This document shows, piece by piece, positions 17,053 through 20,000 of a DNA stretch of 20,000 nucleotides. The translations under genes were made by a program, and so were the position numbers. The DNA lies in IMG/VR virus record IMGVR_UViG_3300044646_002851; one strand, 5' to 3'. This DNA comes from an uncultured virus (IMG/VR IMGVR_UViG_3300044646_002851) (Duplodnaviria; Heunggongvirae; Uroviricota; Caudoviricetes). Every line of letters starts with the position of its first letter. Position 1 is the stretch's first letter. The notes beneath the pieces were generated by a model that worked only from the letters and a program-made list of their open reading frames with translations, searched no databases and was not told the DNA's origin.

Positions 17053-17664
17053 TCAAGCCTCGTCATTTTCTAATTCTATTAACCAATATGCCGCACCTAA
17101 AAAAGACTGCCAATCTTTGACAATATAATCACATTTTAAAGCATTAAATTTTGGTTTTTTTGGAATTCTTAACAAAGTCATATTTGCTTGGGCTGGTGTT
17201 CTATTTGCTTTTTTAGTATTGCATTTTATACAAGCCAAAGCACAATTTTCCCAAGTCGTAAGACCGCCACGACTCCTTGGAATTATATGATCGATAGAAA
17301 GTTCTTCAGTTCCGGGTCTTTTTCCACAATACTGACACTGATACTGGTCTCTTTTGTATAGTGTTTTTCTGCAATAATAAGCCTTGCGATTTGGAATTTT
17401 ATCATATCTCGTAAGCTGTATTACAGAAGGAATACGAAATATTGCATTTACAGAACGAATAATTTCTTCGCCCTCTTTAGGTTTTGTTTTTGACCAATCA
17501 TTCCAGTTTAAAGTTTGAAAATCATTAGAGCAATCAACGATTATGGCTTTTGGTTCACCATCTTTATATTCGCTGAATAATTTTATAAGGGCTTTCTCTA
17601 GCGTCAAAACCGCTACAGGTTTCCACGAACGATTTAGAACTAAAACCTTTTTGTGAGCTATCAT
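17053..17664 (-). CDS. HNH endonuclease (McrA-like family)
   Basis: VLVLN, RDQYQCQYCG, IDHIIPRSRGG, WENCALACIKCNTKK. Confidence 0.92.
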   Translation of the reverse strand: MIAHKKVLVLNRSWKPVAVLTLEKALIKLFSEYKDGEPKAIIVDCSNDFQTLNWNDWSKTKPKEGEEIIRSVNAIFRIPSVIQLTRYDKIPNRKAYYCRKTLYKRDQYQCQYCGKRPGTEELSIDHIIPRSRGGLTTWENCALACIKCNTKKANRTPAQANMTLLRIPKKPKFNALKCDYIVKDWQSFLGAAYWLIELENDEA

Positions 17665-17685
17665 GAAATTATTTATGAGTTACGA

Positions 17686-17907
17686 TTACAAATCATCGTA
17701 ATTATTTTCTTCTGGTGGTTTTATATCGAAACATTTTTTGAAGAGGGTTGTTTGAAATTGTTTTACCAATTGAATTGACTCCTCTCTATTGAAGCCAGAT
17801 TCACATAAACTCTTGTGGTAACTTCCTAAGAAGTTAGCAAGCTGTCCAATATTTGCAGCAGCTTGTTCAAAATCTGAAATTCTTTTAAAAAAATCTGAAT
17901 TATCCAT
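17686..17907 (-). CDS. small hypothetical protein
   Basis: GAGGAG RBS before ATG 17907; coupled to the upstream GT2 gene. Confidence 0.7.
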   Translation of the reverse strand: MDNSDFFKRISDFEQAAANIGQLANFLGSYHKSLCESGFNREESIQLVKQFQTTLFKKCFDIKPPEENNYDDL

Positions 17908-18853
17908 TTTTCCACTCCTCGATTCTTGTTTTGGCGATTCGAACAGCATCTTCAAACCACTCTTTTGTTTTTTTAAAGTGATCAGGACTATACATTTTTC
18001 CTGATGTGTAACTTCTAAAATGATCTATATTATCATCATTTGTTCGTTGTTGATTTTCCTCACGACCAATAATGCGACAATTAATTTTATTCTTTCGAAG
18101 AATATAATTTCCCAAGATTTCAGTATCTGGCCAATTTGGTCGCATAGGATCTGGCTTATATTCAACAATATCATATTCGTTGCAAAGTCTACGCAGACTC
18201 CACGCAAAGCCAATTTTATCCATTATCTTCATGTTGTACATACTGGCTGTGTGTGAAATCATGCCCTTCCAATCCGCATGTGACCTTGGACTCAATTCAT
18301 AACCTACAACTGGACAATCTTCATCGCACATTGATAGCATATCTTCTAATAAATCTCTTCTCTTCAAGAATACATCTGCATGTGTTGCAAACATATGTTT
18401 GGTACGACAAAGTGACATAGCCATATCCATAGCCATGGCAGGATAATCGCTCGGATGAATAACGCCATTTAATGCAATGGTATGAACCTCAACATCTTCG
18501 TCACGAAGTTTAAGAACCTCTTCAATGTGATCGCTTTGACTGCCAGTATCAATAATCATGATAAATGGCTTAACAGTTTGAAGTCTTAGTAGTTCAATAC
18601 AATACTTAAGAGTCTCAGAAGTGTTCAAACAAGGTATAACCGCAGTTACCTCATACTCCCAAGGCTTTTTTTTGCAGTTTCCTTCCCATGGAGCAGATAC
18701 AGTCAACTCTCCGTATATGGGAGATATTTCGACTTTTGAAAGCTCTACTTCTTTCCAAATTGATTCTGTTTTAACCCAAACAAATTTTTTGTCAAAATCA
18801 ATTCTTTTTTGATTTTCGTTTAATTCATTCCATCTTGAATAAGAAATTTTCAT
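17900..18853 (-). CDS. glycosyltransferase family 2-like protein
   Basis: VTAVIPCLN, IIDTGS, THADVF. Confidence 0.8.
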   Translation of the reverse strand: MKISYSRWNELNENQKRIDFDKKFVWVKTESIWKEVELSKVEISPIYGELTVSAPWEGNCKKKPWEYEVTAVIPCLNTSETLKYCIELLRLQTVKPFIMIIDTGSQSDHIEEVLKLRDEDVEVHTIALNGVIHPSDYPAMAMDMAMSLCRTKHMFATHADVFLKRRDLLEDMLSMCDEDCPVVGYELSPRSHADWKGMISHTASMYNMKIMDKIGFAWSLRRLCNEYDIVEYKPDPMRPNWPDTEILGNYILRKNKINCRIIGREENQQRTNDDNIDHFRSYTSGKMYSPDHFKKTKEWFEDAVRIAKTRIEEWKNG

Positions 18854-18912
18854 GCAATTCTCTCTGGTAATATAATAAATAAGTATTTAAATCATATTTT
18901 TCAATTGAAAAT

Positions 18913-18920
18913 TATAAATA
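18913..18920 (+). promoter_or_regulatory. T4-type late promoter box TATAAATA
   Basis: Exact TATAAATA 26 nt upstream of ATG 18947, with an AAGGA RBS between. Confidence 0.55.
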
Positions 18921-18946
18921 TGAAAGTAAAAGAAAGGAAAAATAAT

Positions 18947-19234
18947 ATGAAAAAATTTAATGAATGGATGAGTTTTAGGCAAGAAGTCGAACCAAATGGC
19001 GGCGACTATAATTTCATTGGAACATATAACACAGAAAATCTACAAGGGCTAAAAGAAAAGAGCAACTTGGTAGAAATTGATAAGGCACTTGAATTTATTC
19101 CCAATTCTTATCGAAATCAATTTTCTGATGCTATTAGTTTATCTGCTGGAATTACACAAACCGAACAAAACAAAGAAATTGTTTGGATCACAAATAATGA
19201 CCAAGAAATTACATACTTGTTTGAAAAAAATTAA
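18947..19234 (+). CDS. hypothetical protein (probable late gene)
   Basis: MKKFNEWMSFRQE start with AAGGA RBS. Confidence 0.75.
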   Translation: MKKFNEWMSFRQEVEPNGGDYNFIGTYNTENLQGLKEKSNLVEIDKALEFIPNSYRNQFSDAISLSAGITQTEQNKEIVWITNNDQEITYLFEKN

Positions 19235-19237
19235 AAA

Positions 19238-19594
19238 TTATTTTTTAATGTGAACAATGCTAAATGGACTTTTTTCTTTTGATTTGTTGTGTTTTTCAGT
19301 CTCGGGTTCTGGACCTTTTATGTGCCTTATATTAAATGGCTCTTTAGTGCCACTGTTTGGATTTTTATACTGCTTGTGTCCGGGAATATGGCGAATATCA
19401 AATGGTGGACCATCACCATTATCGTATAGTCTATCATCTAAAGATATATACAAAAAAGCATCTGCAGATCTAGGAATATAAGTTTGAAGTGGGTATAACC
19501 CAATGCCACCATATCCCAAAGGGTATAAGCCAGTTTTTCCAGAAGTTTGACCTTCTTGTATTATCATCCAATTTTTAAATGACATTTTTTCCAT
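19238..19594 (-). CDS. hypothetical protein with three PFxIxHI repeats
   Basis: 118-aa ORF; CATAAATA 4 nt upstream of the ATG. Confidence 0.75.
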   Translation of the reverse strand: MEKMSFKNWMIIQEGQTSGKTGLYPLGYGGIGLYPLQTYIPRSADAFLYISLDDRLYDNGDGPPFDIRHIPGHKQYKNPNSGTKEPFNIRHIKGPEPETEKHNKSKEKSPFSIVHIKK

Positions 19595-19617
19595 ATGTTA
19601 TTTATGTTTCATTTTTC

Positions 19618-19650
19618 AAAAAAAAAGGAGATGTCCAAAAAGACATCTCC
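19618..19650 (-). terminator. intrinsic terminator after 19684..19956
   Basis: GGAGATGTC-6nt-GACATCTCC followed by U9 on the minus strand. Confidence 0.85.
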
Positions 19651-19683
19651 AGTGAGTAACAAATTTTATTACCAAATAATTTT

Positions 19684-19956
19684 TTACTTGGTGCTAGGAG
19701 CAGTAGCCTTTGGTTTTTCCGCACCTTTAGCTTCTTCTTTTTTCACAGTATTTGCAGAAGTGCAGCTAGAAGCACAGCGTCCAGATGAACAAGAACTCTT
19801 GCTTTGAAGAATTCGTCCACCAGACAAGCCACAAGATGTGCCACAAGAGGAATTGCCACCACGAAGTTTTCCGCCCAAAAGTCCGCCACGACATCCTGCT
19901 TCAGCGGTATTTGCTACAAACGCAGTAGCCAAAGCCAAAACTACAAAAATCTTCAT
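19684..19956 (-). CDS. small secreted Gly/Ser/Cys-rich protein
   Basis: AAGGAG RBS; Sec signal MKIFVVLALATAFVANTAEA; six Cys in a G/S-rich mature part; charged tail. Confidence 0.8.
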   Translation of the reverse strand: MKIFVVLALATAFVANTAEAGCRGGLLGGKLRGGNSSCGTSCGLSGGRILQSKSSCSSGRCASSCTSANTVKKEEAKGAEKPKATAPSTK

Positions 19957-20000
19957 ATCAAACTCCTTTAAAAAAAATATGGCTAACACTAGCCACGCAC

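Noticed and set aside
1081..19807. Short antisense or nested ORFs (e.g. 1081..1308, 1343..1573, 2176..2412, 3332..3592, 4277..4519, 8408..8674, 9038..9223, 11165..11404, 12114..12362, 12423..12818, 16622..16828, 18020..18256, 19257..19481, 19595..19807)
   Set aside because: They overlap well-supported genes and show no RBS or motifs.
1..20000. Stop-codon reassignment as seen in some large phages
   Set aside because: Genes are intact and densely tiled under the standard code; TAA, TAG and TGA are all used as stops at sensible ends.
1..20000. CRISPR array, tRNA, rRNA or IS element
   Set aside because: No regularly spaced repeats, cloverleaf motifs, transposase or terminal inverted repeats seen; intergenic gaps are short.

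Overview
AT-rich, gene-dense window with mostly minus-strand genes. It reads as part of a large (jumbo/huge) bacteriophage genome, probably infecting Planctomycetota; this is an inference from the planctomycete-type sigma factor, multiple CsrA genes and small proteins. There are no host housekeeping operons, rRNA, tRNA or CRISPR arrays. It carries a multi-level regulatory toolkit: a sigma-70 factor, ClpX without an adjacent clpP, two CsrA paralogues, a ParB-like protein and candidate nucleoid/winged-helix proteins. It also encodes a glycosylation and methylation set (three GT2, a DUF4422-like protein, an exostosin/GT47-like protein and two paralogous SAM methyltransferases), three HNH-type proteins, a gamma-glutamylcyclotransferase and many ORFans. 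Non-coding signals read from the sequence are sigma70-like promoters, T4-late-like NATAAATA boxes before five genes, a perfect 26-bp palindrome over the sigma gene promoter, CsrA-type GGA sites in several leaders, structured 5' UTRs and five intrinsic terminators. An unlisted 52-aa Cys-containing ORF forms its own transcription unit.
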